From Neoechinorhynchus agilis (taxonomy: Eukaryota > Animalia > Acanthocephala): a DNA stretch of 64,000 bases. This document shows, piece by piece, positions 12,150 to 23,460 of the stretch. Position 1 is the first letter of the stretch, and every line of letters begins with the position of its first letter. Where the stretch lies: the NCBI GenBank assembly GCA_051530055.1, contig CM121341.1, forward strand, positions 16,718,784-16,782,783, in the 5' to 3' direction. Below the pieces are notes generated by a model, which was not told the origin of the DNA, did not search any database, and saw nothing but the letters and a program-made list of their open reading frames with translations. The position numbers were made by a program, and so were the translations under genes.

Positions 12150-14010
12150 AGTATTAAAGCGCCTTGACGAAATCCAAATATCCTTAAGATCTTACGCAGG
12201 TCTTTTGCTTAGACAGTTCGTCTACAATATTTTACGCCTAGTCAACCAATTTGCAGGAGGAGAGTTGATTCCGAAAGCAAATGAGGTATTTTTCGGCGCA
12301 TCTTTGTGTGCCCTCGCAATAATGGAAGGGGGGATTCGTCCCATTGAAATTGGAAAAACTCTGCGCCGCTTGACAGCAAAAATTTTAAATAAAAGGATCG
12401 CGGAAAAAGTAGGGATGCTGCTTCGCCCTACTCAGTTAGGTTGCTGCACACCTGGCGGCGCAGAGGCGATTGTTCACTAACTCCGCACGTTCATCACCGG
12501 AAACTCAAAGCCGTGCGTGATCTTGAAATGTGATTTCCAAAATGCATTCAACACAGTTCACGGAGAAGATTTGCTCGAAGTACTTATTGATCACGCACCA
12601 GAAGCATTTCGCTATTTCGTTGATGGCTATGGGACTCCAACACCCTTTTTGTTCGATAACCACGTTTTGTGGTCAGAAAGAGCAGTTCAACAAGGGATCC
12701 TTTGGGCCCAGTAACCTTCTCACTCGCAGTTATCCAGCTTTAACGGCTGGTACCTGGACGATGCCACGATCAGAGGTAACCCCTCTGTAGTACTGCGCGA
12801 TTTGGAGACACTCGTGAAGGAGATGGCGAAAATTGGCATTGAATTGAATGCTGCGAAATGCGAGATTTTAGTGATGAACGTGGAAGATGAGGCATCCAGG
12901 CAAACTATCGTGAAAGATTTTCAGAACCTTGCCCACGGGATAGAATTGATCACTCTAGACCGGTTGAGTTTTATAGGAAGCTGCATTTTTGGTTCTAATG
13001 TTAAAGCAGAGATTGTCAATCTTCAACCACAACTTTCGGTAATGTGCGAACGATTTGATGAGTTATCTTCACATGAATGCTCTGTTCCCGATCAAAAACA
13101 CCCTCTTCATTCTAAAATTTCTGTATAAGCTGTGCTCAGCACCTTTTTTTGTACATAAGGATAAGCTGGCAAAATTAGACGAGACGGAGAAAGCCTCTCT
13201 TGAGAAAATTTTAAATACTCAACTGACGGACGAGGCCTGGCGTCAAGCGTCCTTGCTTGTGTCGCCCGTATGAAGCAAGCCGCAAAATAGTTCAGTTTGT
13301 TCTTGGCGAGAATTGCACTTTGGATGAAGATTTCGTGGAGGCGCTTAATCTCTACCGTGGAGATTCAGGCAGCGAGCAGGTCGAGACTCACCACTGGAAG
13401 CGAAAATTCATAACACTTTAATTTCAGATTCTCGTGACCTGGTGAACCGACTCGATTGGCGGCAGCTTCTATAAGAGAATCGGGTGCTTGGTTCAACGCT
13501 ATCCCAATCGCTTCTGTGTGTACCCTTCTCTCCGACTAGACAGTGTGGATTGCAGTGTTCCCATCGCCGCCGTTGCGGAGCGACCGTGGAACCATCTCGA
13601 CGCCCTGGTCTTGTCTGTCGGCAATGTGAGTGCGCCCAACATCTTAGAGCCGAGCAATCTTTGCCGACTCGATGGCCGTGGACCTGCTGGTTTCACAGTA
13701 TTCCCGTGGCGAGAAGGCAAATGCGTTCTCTGGGACGCCACGTCCGTGGACACGCTCGCAGTCAGCAACATAAAATTCACCGCTATTAAACCAGGGGGAG
13801 CAGCAACCGCCGCAGGACCGCAAAAGGACAAAATACAGGGACCTGAGTCGAAATCATTATTTTGTTCCCTTTGGCGTCGAGACGCTCGGGTCGTTTGGTA
13901 CCGCGGCGCAGGACCTGGTCAAGCAATTGTCTAGGAGATTGAGACGAATCACTCGCGATCCGTTATTTCGACCGTTACACCAGGACGGCAGCTGAGTTAT
14001 CCAAAGCGGT
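12150..14010 (+). mobile_element. CRE-clade non-LTR retrotransposon, decayed
   Basis: GGIRPIEIGKTLRRL, QLGCCTPGGAEAIVH, ILKCDFQNAF, AVQQG, WYLDD; RLE region EPSNLCRLDGRGPAG...WREGKCVLWDATSVDT. Confidence 0.88.
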
Positions 14011-15029
14011 GGTGTGAATGATTTCATGGCATTTATGATATAGATTTTTCAATATGTAAAGCGTTGGATAGTTTCACGAGCAATATTGCAATATTTCCAA
14101 TCTTTTATACTGTGGTCAACCTAAAAAACTTCGTGCACATACTATTTGCTTTTTGTTGGAAAATCATTTCATATCATTTTTTTTAAGACGACTGGATCGT
14201 TTTGTGGCCCTCAATCTTTAAATCACTTTAAGGATATCCAGTAAATAAGGATGCAACGATGGTTGAAACCCAATTTTATAACGGAACGACACCAACTGCG
14301 AATTATAATGTGAATCGGATTATTTGTCAAATGCAGTTTAAAGAAGGGCTTTGTATTGCTCATCATTGATTGTTTTTCAAAGATGTCGCTATTTATTTTA
14401 ATACGCAATTCAAAAAACAAATTTTTCGAGCACTTGTGTATCTAAATGAAATATTATTATGTTTTTGCAAAAGCGATCTTGTTGTTTTATTAGAAATACT
14501 ATAAAACCAAAATGATCGGCAGAAAATGATTAACCCTTTTTATTGTCTCGAAAACGCGTACACGTTGTAAACTAAGCAGAGCTGTCGTTGAAATTTTTTT
14601 TGACTTAATCTCAATTAAGTTAATCTTTGACAAAACGATTTATTTTAACGATTTTTAAGTTTCACTCGCTTTGCTTTATAGTGAAAATTCAAAAGGACTT
14701 GCATTGGGCTGTAAAAGGTAAGTAGGGCACTGGAGGTTTTCCGTTGTGAGTTGAGGTAGGACTCACTTTTCAAAGAACATCAAAAGAGCATCGATTTTCG
14801 CTAACGATCTCTCGCTGCGGCAAACAGCTTTTCAACTTTCAGTTTGATTTCGAAACAACTTACGGTAAGATTCGGCCGCGGGCCAAAGCCCAATGACGAG
14901 TACAGTGTCCATTTGGACGCTTCCGAGGGCATAGGAAAAATAAAGAAAATTTATATGTAATTTTTTTACACAAATGAGAAATTTAATATGCAATAATCCT
15001 TCGCAGTCATATCAAATCCGCATTACCCA

Positions 15030-15120
15030 TACGTTATGATTGTTGGGCAGCTTCCTTGATGGCCGCGGCATTGCCGCGTTGGATCGCCGCGCTGATTCGC
15101 TGCAGCAGAAAGCTGTACGC
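15030..15120 (-). mobile_element. CRE/RLE-type LINE extreme 3' ORF fragment
   Basis: FLLQRISAAIQRGNAAAIKE, cf. FLRQNISLAVQRGNAASV at 55370-55410. Confidence 0.65.
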
Positions 15121-15404
15121 CGAGACGGCAGCTGAGTGATACAGATCGGTGGGATGAATATTTGCAAAAACAAGGCTGATTGTTTGAAAAAATTACCACT
15201 CTTGACTTACAAAAGAGCACAATATCGGTTACACATTATCTTGAAGGGTGTCCCCTGCCAAATAACTTTAACAAACTTATGAATTTTCTGAGTTTCATTT
15301 TTTGCAAAAAATAAATCCCATGATTAAGATTGAATAGCCTGTTGCGAACTTTTTCAAAGCGTATTCGTCTAATAGATAAGCCGAAAATCAAAAATGTGCT
15401 ATTT

Positions 15405-15610
15405 GGGTTATTGATTGTTTTCTGGCGGAGAAATTAAGATGATTTTGTTTTCTAATCCGATATTTCGGCACAATCTTGTGTCTTTATCAAGGTTGTTTGG
15501 AAGTAAATGAAAGGCCCTTTTAACTTTGACAAAGGCGTACAAGATTGTCCCGAAATATCGGATTCGAAAATAAAATCATTTTAATTTCTCCGCCAGAAAC
15601 TAACCAATAT
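15405..15610. mobile_element. MITE family M (long terminal inverted repeats)
   Basis: ~75-bp arms TTTCTGGCGGAGAAATTAAG...ATCCGATATTTCGG / CCGAAATATCGGAT...TTAATTTCTCCGCCAGAAA; relatives at 32893, 35810, 36140 and 38783. Confidence 0.8.
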
Positions 15611-16487
15611 GAACAAATTAATCTTCAAACAAACTATTTATGCTAGAAAATTGGCGTTGAATATCTTTTGTAGCATGAAATAAAAAATGTGTGAAGCAAT
15701 AGAAACCTTCAGAGATGATGGACGGTTGGAATACTGCGTTTCACTTGCTGACCATCGATCCGAAACAGTAGATCTCTTGTTCATTGAGTGGAATATTCTA
15801 ATATTCGCGTAAGATATTTGTTTGCACCTGTTTGGTGTTGTGAGTACAGTAGTCTTGATATGCCACAGAATAGGAGTTTCTTCGTTCGGTGGAAAACAAG
15901 TAACACATCATAGCATGAATGTGAATCACGGAGAAAAAGGTACTTTTGATGATCTATCTTCCAATGACTCGCTCAGGTGGAAACTGAATTTAATAATGCT
16001 TGACAAAGCACCGAAAAATTGTTAGATCAACCGTAAATGCGGGTTTCTTGTACAAGGTCGAAGTATCTGCAATTTTTTATTTTATTGTGCCGTTGACTGT
16101 GAAACTATTTCCACGCTTGTTAAAATGTTGCACGACAGGATTGTAAGATAAAAAATGTCGGTTATTACCGTAAAGATGAAGGTTCAAAATAGCGTAACGC
16201 GTAATACCGATAAAACTCACAATTTTCATCACACTGAGACAAATGCATATTCTTCATGGTCAAAAAATATGCGATAAAGTACTTTTTCGACTGTCATCGC
16301 AATTTTATGGATAAAATCGCGGTTAAAAATATGAAACCCGCAAATTACAGTTTAAGCAAAATGAATGCATGGAAAACATTTGAAAATGAACTTATTATCA
16401 ATATTGGAAACCAAAATCACAAATTTGGTTACTTTTCATCCTACAAAAATAACATTTGTAGATAAAAGTGAAAATTTCCTTTTAATT

Positions 16488-16652
16488 AGAATTATTGTTT
16501 AGGTCTACACCCGGTAAATCAGTAGCGTCTATTACTATCAAACTGATGATGAAACCGACGAGGTTCGAAACGTCTTTAATAAATACTCATTTACCGGGTG
16601 TAGACCTAAAAAATAATTCCAATCACATTCCCCGGTACCTCAAATATCGACA
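16488..16652 (+). mobile_element. 165-bp fold-back hammerhead element, family A, with 12-bp TSD
   Basis: Arms AATTATTGTTTAGGTCTACACCCGGTAAAT / ATTTACCGGGTGTAGACCTAAAAAATAATT enclose the HHR; ends ATCGACA; flanked by TTCCTTTTAATT (16476-16487) and TTCCTTGTAATT (16653-16664). Confidence 0.85.
16543..16574 (+). ncRNA. Minimal type I hammerhead ribozyme, family A
   Basis: CTGATGA-T-GAAACC(gacga)GGTTC-GAAACGTC; GUC cleavage triplet; stem I TATCAAA/TTTAATA. Confidence 0.88.
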
Positions 16653-16833
16653 TTCCTTGTAATTCGAGTTTGGCGATAAACTCGGAGTTTCGATAATGTT
16701 TGAGAAATATGGAGTACGCGCTCAATTTTACAAATTGCTCCAAATTGGCTTGAATATCGCGTTTTTGAGCAATTTAACCTCGGAACAATCTACTGTTTTT
16801 ATAACTTCATTCTATTGTCGTTAATTTAGCAAT

Positions 16834-17040
16834 TTATGCGGTTGAAACAAATTTATGTTTGACCGACACTTCGGAGTCAGCGTCCTCAAAGAAAATCCAC
16901 AAATTTAGAGTTAGAACAAAGTTCATTGATGAGGCAAGCTCATCCCTTTGGTTAAGCACAATAACGCCTCGCACTTTGGCCTCCTTAAGACCACCACTTT
17001 TTACCTCTTGCGAGATGAACAATACTTCCAAAAACAAACG
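16834..17040 (-). mobile_element. Penelope-like element 3' ORF fragment
   Basis: ...VIVLNQRDELASSM matches ...VLLNKRDELSVSM at 63732-63914, the end of the GIY-YIG domain in the 46-47.7 kb PLE family. Confidence 0.5.
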
Positions 17041-17115
17041 TTCTAATGAGTGTTAAAAAGATAATTCATTGTTATTTGTTGATAGGAGAGATAAATGAAA
17101 TTAAGATTTTTATTG

Positions 17116-17149
17116 GATATTTCGATCCACTATCTCGGATCTTCTTCAG
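17116..17149 (-). ncRNA. Minimal hammerhead ribozyme, family B
   Basis: CTGAAGA-A-GATCC(gagatagt)GGATC-GAAATATC; palindromic ATAT helix III; flanks homologous to 49140-49210. Confidence 0.78.
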
Positions 17150-17770
17150 CGATTGTTTGCAAGTTTTTTCAACTGTGAATGCGAAATCAGTTTGAAAAAA
17201 ATATTGATTTATAAAAAAACATAAGTTAACGAAAAATTTCCCTTTGAATGTATCTTATTAAATTTAAACTTTATTCCTTAATGTTACCCATTCTGAAAAT
17301 GGGCCGGTTTATTTAACTGAATTGAACGCTGAAAAGGTATGGAATTTAGGATATCCTGGTGAAGAAACTAATTTGGAGCACTTGATCAAAGTATAGACGA
17401 AAACCTTCCGCAGTTACCGGATAATGTATTCTCAAATCAAATGACTAGAGACCAAGTTCGTGTTTCAGACAACTCACACTGAAATTCATTTGCTTAAATC
17501 ATTACTGAAGTCCCTTTTCCTTTACGCAATATCGTTAGGTTAATGATAATGTTCAAATAATAAATTTAATAGTCTGTTGGATATCTAATTTGAACATCTT
17601 ATATCGTAAAGCTGGAGGGAAAGATATTAATCAAATATCTAACGAAAAACAGTTGACCAATCGACAATTTTATTCCCCAGAATACACTTTATTTAAATGG
17701 TTTCGACCCAAATCATAATGGCAAGCCTCTTGTCAACCAGGAAAATAGATCCTATTTTATTCAAAAACAT

Positions 17771-18766
17771 TTAACTTATATCCTTAATAAGAAACTTGCA
17801 GAAATTATCCCTTATGGCTGCAGCGCTCTCAAGTGCAAATCTTTCTTGGAAACGAAACTCCTTCTGCAAATAAGCGGCGAAAGTTTTGGCACAGCCACCT
17901 CCCCTCTCAATATCCTGATAGATCTTCAAAAAGTCGTTTGGTGTTAAAATTCCTTTATCATTCAGTCGTTTAATCGTCGAGCGGCCAACTCCCGGAATAT
18001 CGGTCAAGTGTTGATCCAACAGGCTCCTTTCCATCAATCGTCTGTATTTTGGACTTCGAAGCATCATTGACGACGATTGTTTATCAAGAGAACTGTACAA
18101 TCTTTTTACATACGGAGATTTTCTTGTTGGCTTAGAGAGTTTTGTTGATTTTGGATGTTCTTTTGCTGCGCTCGCCAAATCAAGATTGTGAATACGATAA
18201 ATTTGTCCTCCTTTGTTCGTTGGTTCAACTGAAGGATCGATCTGACCTTTATTAGATAAATCCTGGATCGGTTTGTACGTTGCCATACTCTTTATACATT
18301 CTTCAGAAAGATTGAGCTTCGATAAATGTTCTGAAGTCAACTGAGCTGGTTGTACTTTTTCAGAGGACTCACTGTCGACATTTTCAACGCTTATCTTCAT
18401 GAGTTCATTAGTGAAAGCAACTGAACTTTCGAGATCCAAAGTCTGAGAGCTTCGTTCAATAAATTGTTCAACGTCAATCAAATTAATCCTATCGGTTTTC
18501 TTTGTCAAATCTTTCTCTTGACTAACAAACGGTAAAGCAATTACGCTGTCTATTATTTGGGAAATCGAATCAGAAGGCCGCGATGAAGAAGGCGACGAAG
18601 ACGGATGTTCAAGAATTACGTGGTCGTCGATTTCGTCTTTATTGATGAAATCTGTGCATAAACTTGGTTTCAGATCACCAATGACCGTACGGTCCCTTTC
18701 CATTGATGGGCGATCGTAAAATGAACTCTTTTTGACAATTGTGAATGTCAGCGAAAACGGACCCAT
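17771..18766 (-). CDS. 331-aa protein: long S/D/E/K-rich N-terminal region plus C-terminal barrier-to-autointegration factor (BAF)-like domain
   Basis: C-terminal SPKYRRLMERSLLDQHLTDIPGVGRSTIKRLNDKG...TFAAYLQ...IRDNFCKFL parallels BAF [35 protein letters not shown]...LFREWLK...LREWCDAFL. Confidence 0.7.
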   Translation of the reverse strand: MGPFSLTFTIVKKSSFYDRPSMERDRTVIGDLKPSLCTDFINKDEIDDHVILEHPSSSPSSSRPSDSISQIIDSVIALPFVSQEKDLTKKTDRINLIDVEQFIERSSQTLDLESSVAFTNELMKISVENVDSESSEKVQPAQLTSEHLSKLNLSEECIKSMATYKPIQDLSNKGQIDPSVEPTNKGGQIYRIHNLDLASAAKEHPKSTKLSKPTRKSPYVKRLYSSLDKQSSSMMLRSPKYRRLMERSLLDQHLTDIPGVGRSTIKRLNDKGILTPNDFLKIYQDIERGGGCAKTFAAYLQKEFRFQERFALESAAAIRDNFCKFLIKDIS

Positions 18767-19523
18767 GCAGTCGATTCTCTGTAAACCTCGAATTGGTAAG
18801 CATTCGATTTTCTCGTTGCTAAGGCAATCTTTGCAAATATTTATCGGTTTTTAGGATTCCTTTTCAATTTAAACCAGTTAAATGTTTGGAAAAACGTCAT
18901 TAAAGATTTGAGACCAACATTTCCATGTTTGATCGGCACTATAATAAATCAATTCTGTAAACAAGAAAAGTTTCGGTCCTAACATAAAATAACCGGTTCA
19001 GAATATTTCTGCAATTTTAAATACGTAAAAAGCAAGATCTCAAAAAAGCGAAATTTATTTTAAACTGTTTCAGACTTATTTTCGAAGTAATTAAAGTAAA
19101 CTAAGAACTAAGCTTTGGATAATTTCCAAATTCGCAATTTCATTTTTAGCGCAATTTTTTCTAATCTTCAAATAAGTCTTGCAAACCTTACAAATATTAT
19201 TTTGGTTGCTGTATTTTTTATGCGGTTCAGCGAAGGAATAAACAGAAGGAGATTCGCATCCACCACCATCCCTCACGTCTGGGAGGCTCGTAGATACATG
19301 AGACTTGATTTGCTGAGAGCTTAGTTTTTGTATGATAAAGAAAAAAGAAAATCTTCCCTCACATTAAAAGAAAATAAGGCGAAAGCTTTCCCATTAAAAA
19401 TATTTCACAAAGAACGCTTAGGGAAGAAAAGGCGCCATTTCGGCGTCCTTGAAAGCCATAAATTAAAATGTGCAAAATGAAAAACATTAATACAAAGTCT
19501 CTATAAAAATTCTATTTAATTCA

Positions 19524-20963
19524 ATGTCAATTTTAAAGAGATTTTTTGATCTTCACGAGAGAATCTCCCGATTTACATGGATCGGCAGAGTATTTTTCTA
19601 TCGGGTGGCACTTATGCTTTTATCGAGTCGTCTTTTAGATTCCATTCGAAAGCAGCAATTTATGACATTGCAGAAATTGATTGTTATCATCGGCCCGACT
19701 GCCGTAGGAAAGACCGATCTTTCTCTTGCTCTTGCACAAGAATTCGAAAGCGAAATTTTGAACACGGATGCTCTTCAGGTGTACCGAGGATTACCGATAG
19801 CTACCAATAAGCCATCAGAAGATCAACTTAGGAAGCATAAACATCATATGATATCCATTATTGAACCGTCGAATAATTTTTCAGTCCGACAGTACAGAGA
19901 TGCAAGTCTTGAAGTTCTAAGGGAAATGAAGACGAAATGCAAAATGCCGATTCTCGTTGGCGGAACAAATTATTATCTTGAATCAATTCTATGGGAGAAT
20001 TTGGTCGACGATGAAAGCGTTCCTCAAACGGACGCAAATCTAAGTTGCCAATGTGAATCATGGAAAACATTGTTCGCTTTAGATCCAGAAACTGCTCAAC
20101 GGATACACCAATCGGATAAACGGCGAATTAGTCGATCTCTTCAGGTGATTAATCAATACGGCCGAAAGTTGTCTGAGATCCTCGATGAACAACACCAGAA
20201 AAGTCAGTGCAGTTTTCGTGGACAACAAAGATTTGAGGGGAAAAACGTTATTTTGATTTGGCTTGATTCTGAGCATGACGTTTTAGTTGAACGTATACGG
20301 AACCGGATTGAAGAGATGTTGAACAGAGGTCTTTTAAATGAAGTGGAAGATTTCTGGTTCAAATATGGCGACGCAATTAAAGACGGGAAAGGAATTATGA
20401 AATGTATTGGTCTAAAGGAATTTTTACCCTTTCTTAAATGTGAAGACTTTCAAAAGAAAAAGCTTCTTTTACCAAAATGCATTCGCTCTCTAACGGGCGC
20501 AACGATTCGGTATTCAAATCAACAACGCAAATGGATCAAGAACAGACTTTTAAGAGACGAAGGAGAGACCTTCGATGTTCATCGAATTGATTGTACTTCT
20601 GTTTTGATGGAAACAAATTCTTTTTACAGTCAAATAATTCAGCCTTGCATTCAACTAATTCGGAACAAATTCCATGGAGAAAATATAGAATTGGATAATG
20701 TTAAATTGGTGCCGAAATGGAAGCTTGATTCGAGCACTGAAAAACGATATCGATTTGGACATTTTGTGTGCAACGTTTGCAATGGGAAAACGTTTAATAA
20801 TGAACAGCAATACGAAGAACATATCTTATCCCGATCTCACAAGAAGCGCTCCCAAAACCTAAAAGCCATAGAAAAGATTGCTTGGATGCAGGGCCAGCGA
20901 CGAAGCAGAAAAAGTCTTAGTACAGATGTAAAAATTTCTTCTTTATGTAAGTTGAGTGAATAA
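19524..20963 (+). CDS. TRIT1: tRNA dimethylallyltransferase (TRIT1/Mod5 type), intronless
   Basis: IGPTAVGKTDLS P-loop, DALQVYRGLPIATNK, PILVGGTNYY, D.RRI.RSL and C-terminal zinc finger CNVCNGKTF...HILSRSH; second in-frame ATG at 19662. Confidence 0.95.
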   Translation: MSILKRFFDLHERISRFTWIGRVFFYRVALMLLSSRLLDSIRKQQFMTLQKLIVIIGPTAVGKTDLSLALAQEFESEILNTDALQVYRGLPIATNKPSEDQLRKHKHHMISIIEPSNNFSVRQYRDASLEVLREMKTKCKMPILVGGTNYYLESILWENLVDDESVPQTDANLSCQCESWKTLFALDPETAQRIHQSDKRRISRSLQVINQYGRKLSEILDEQHQKSQCSFRGQQRFEGKNVILIWLDSEHDVLVERIRNRIEEMLNRGLLNEVEDFWFKYGDAIKDGKGIMKCIGLKEFLPFLKCEDFQKKKLLLPKCIRSLTGATIRYSNQQRKWIKNRLLRDEGETFDVHRIDCTSVLMETNSFYSQIIQPCIQLIRNKFHGENIELDNVKLVPKWKLDSSTEKRYRFGHFVCNVCNGKTFNNEQQYEEHILSRSHKKRSQNLKAIEKIAWMQGQRRSRKSLSTDVKISSLCKLSE

Positions 20964-21189
20964 ATTATTTCCGGGTTGATGTTGGCACGAATGCAAAAGA
21001 CGTTTCTGGAATGTAATTCTCTTTCGGCGATAATGTCATCCGATTTTTGATGGAAATCAAGAAAGGTCCCTTAGTTTTAAAAGGAGCTAAAATAAACATT
21101 ATTTTACTTGCCATTAAATCGGGAAGTTCTAACATTGATTTTTGTGCGATAAAATGCGAATTCGAGCATTCCCGAGTTTAAGCATTTTA

Positions 21190-23030
21190 ATTCGAATAAT
21201 AAAACGTTTATTGTTAAAAAAATACAAAGGATAGGACTCATGTACATTTGAATCTCATAATCACTCGAGTTCTGACTAAATAAATGAATCTGGCTATTGA
21301 TTTTGGAGTGGATTACGAGTCCGGTCTGGTTGAAAGGTCGATTCTGGTGTGAATTGGTGGTTATTGTTTGCAGGGGCGGTCTTTCCTCAGGTTCATTTCA
21401 AGTTATAATATCCGAGAAGATTGGGCAGCATGGAATAACGAGCGTAGATATAAGGAGGTGCGAGGTATAGGAGGATGAAACGAATTAGGATTATGAGTGT
21501 TGTGCTCGTGCGAAAAATGGTGATATATGGTAAAAATTGAGTTGGTAGTGTTGATAGGCGTTTTTTGTTTTATGAAAATAGTATCAAGGCATTGGGGTAG
21601 AGGGGCAAAGTAAGTTGTGAAAATTTTAGATGCTGTTCTATAAATAACTTCAAGACGACGTATTTGAGATTTGCATAAGTTGCAAAAGACGGGATAAGGG
21701 TAAAATAAAGCTGTAGTAAAATGTGTAGAGATCGGTTGAAGGGATCTCTAAATGTCGGAGGCGTTTGAGGAGATAAATTTTAAAGGTGAGCTCGAGGGAG
21801 AGAGTGATGTGCGAGTCCCATTTCAAATTTGATTGAAATTGGAGACTCAGAATTCTTAGAGAGATTACTCGTAGGATGTCATTTAGAAGCTCAGGGGAGA
21901 ATGTGGGGTTACTGGAGAATGAGGAGATCATTTCGAAGCATTTAGAGAAATTCAGGTGGAGTCTGTGATTGGTGCAGAAATCTTTTATGTGTGTGATTTC
22001 GTTAGAGGTTAAGGAGAGGGAGAGGTGGATGGGTGATGAGGGTAAGATCGTCGGCGTATAAGAAAAGTTTAGAGTGAGAGGAGAGAAGTTTGAGGTCGTT
22101 CAGGAAAATATTAAAGAGAAGTGGTGACAGCACAGCACTTTGAGGGTAAGATGCCATATAAAAAGCCGAGGTTTATAATGTGGGTAAGAGGGTCTATGAG
22201 TTCGGGATGGTGAAGCGAAGAGCCCAGTTTGGCATTTCGGATTGAGAGGACGAATTTCGAGTTTTTTTTAATGAGATGTTGGATTAATCTGAGGTAAGAC
22301 AATGATTTCAATTTTAGTCAAGGCAGAGGTTCTGATTGACGGATTCCAGAACCTGCGTCAGTTCATAAGAGGACAAGTTTGGGAAGGGATAAGGGTTGCG
22401 CATTGCGATGGGCCTTGGGTGCTTGCTGTTGAAGAAGCTTGAAGATGGGGTTATCCATGGTGGGTCGCGGTTGGTAATCCTAGTGAATTTCTTGGGTATT
22501 GTCGAAGTGAGGGAATTTTTTGTGATTGAGGTTAGGGAGGACATGCCCAAGGAACGAACATTTGTGTTGTCAGAGTGGAGGGTGCGAATCAAAGAATTGA
22601 ACCATTTTATAAAATTGTAGATGTGATGATTATGTTTATCCCAAACGGGTTAACAGGAGATTGTATACGCTGAGTTGGGGTGGTAGGAGTAATAAGGGCA
22701 GAAGAGTGGTCAGAGTTCGTGGGGGGAGTATGTTTAAAGCCGGATGAGTAGGTGTCGACATTTGTAAACACTTTGTCGATGTGAGCGTCAAGACGAGTTG
22801 GGTATTCAATAAGTTGACGAAACACGGGGAAGGGTGCGAGAGGAAATAGTTTATTGAAGACCCCTGCAATTAAGAAATGGTGTGAATTTGTGGAGCTTAT
22901 GCGCTCCATCATCGAATTAAGTTGGTGCAAAGAGGACTCAGGACGAGAGGTAGGAGGGCGATAGACGCCAGCAATGGTTAATTCCCTAAGGCCATTTCCT
23001 AGAGGAGCTGAGAAATGGACTGCCATGAAT
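21190..23030 (-). mobile_element. CR1-group (L2/Crack/Daphne-like) LINE, internally deleted
   Basis: APE fragment IAGVYRPP...LIAGVFN...SDH; RT LSPLLFNIFLNDL and LFLYADDL; LQFQSNLKWDSHI; 3' end AATAAAcgt(t)TTATT. Confidence 0.88.
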
Positions 23031-23089
23031 TCTAGATCGAGTTTTGAAGATAACCTACGAGAGATATTAAGGTAGCGATTGTCGTACGA

Positions 23090-23460
23090 TTCGCTGGTTC
23101 TCTGGACGAACGGGCTCTTTCGATCAGTAATCTAAGGTAGACGTCATGCTATTATTTTTTAGCAAAAATCTGGACGAGCGGGCTCCTCCAGGCAGTTTTT
23201 GAAATCGGGAGTAACTATGTTGTCTATTTCGCTGGTTCTCTGGACGAACGAGCTCTTTCTATCAGTAATCTAGAATTAATGCTATTGTTGTTTAGCTTAC
23301 AATGGGGTTCCTTCACGCAGTTTTTGAAGGCAGGAGTAACTCTGCTGTTTATTTCGCTGATGCTCGGTACGTAGCGGCCCTTTTCATTAGTAATCTAAGG
23401 TTGAAGTCATGTTATTATTGTTTAGCTGAAACTCGGGACGACCGGGCTCAAACGCTGTTG
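23090..23460. repeat. Diverged tandem repeat, ~3 x ~135 bp, each made of two ~68-bp subunits
   Basis: GGACGA.CGGGCTC-like core recurs at ~23102, 23170, 23240, 23365 and 23434; CAGTAATCTA marks every second subunit. Confidence 0.75.
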
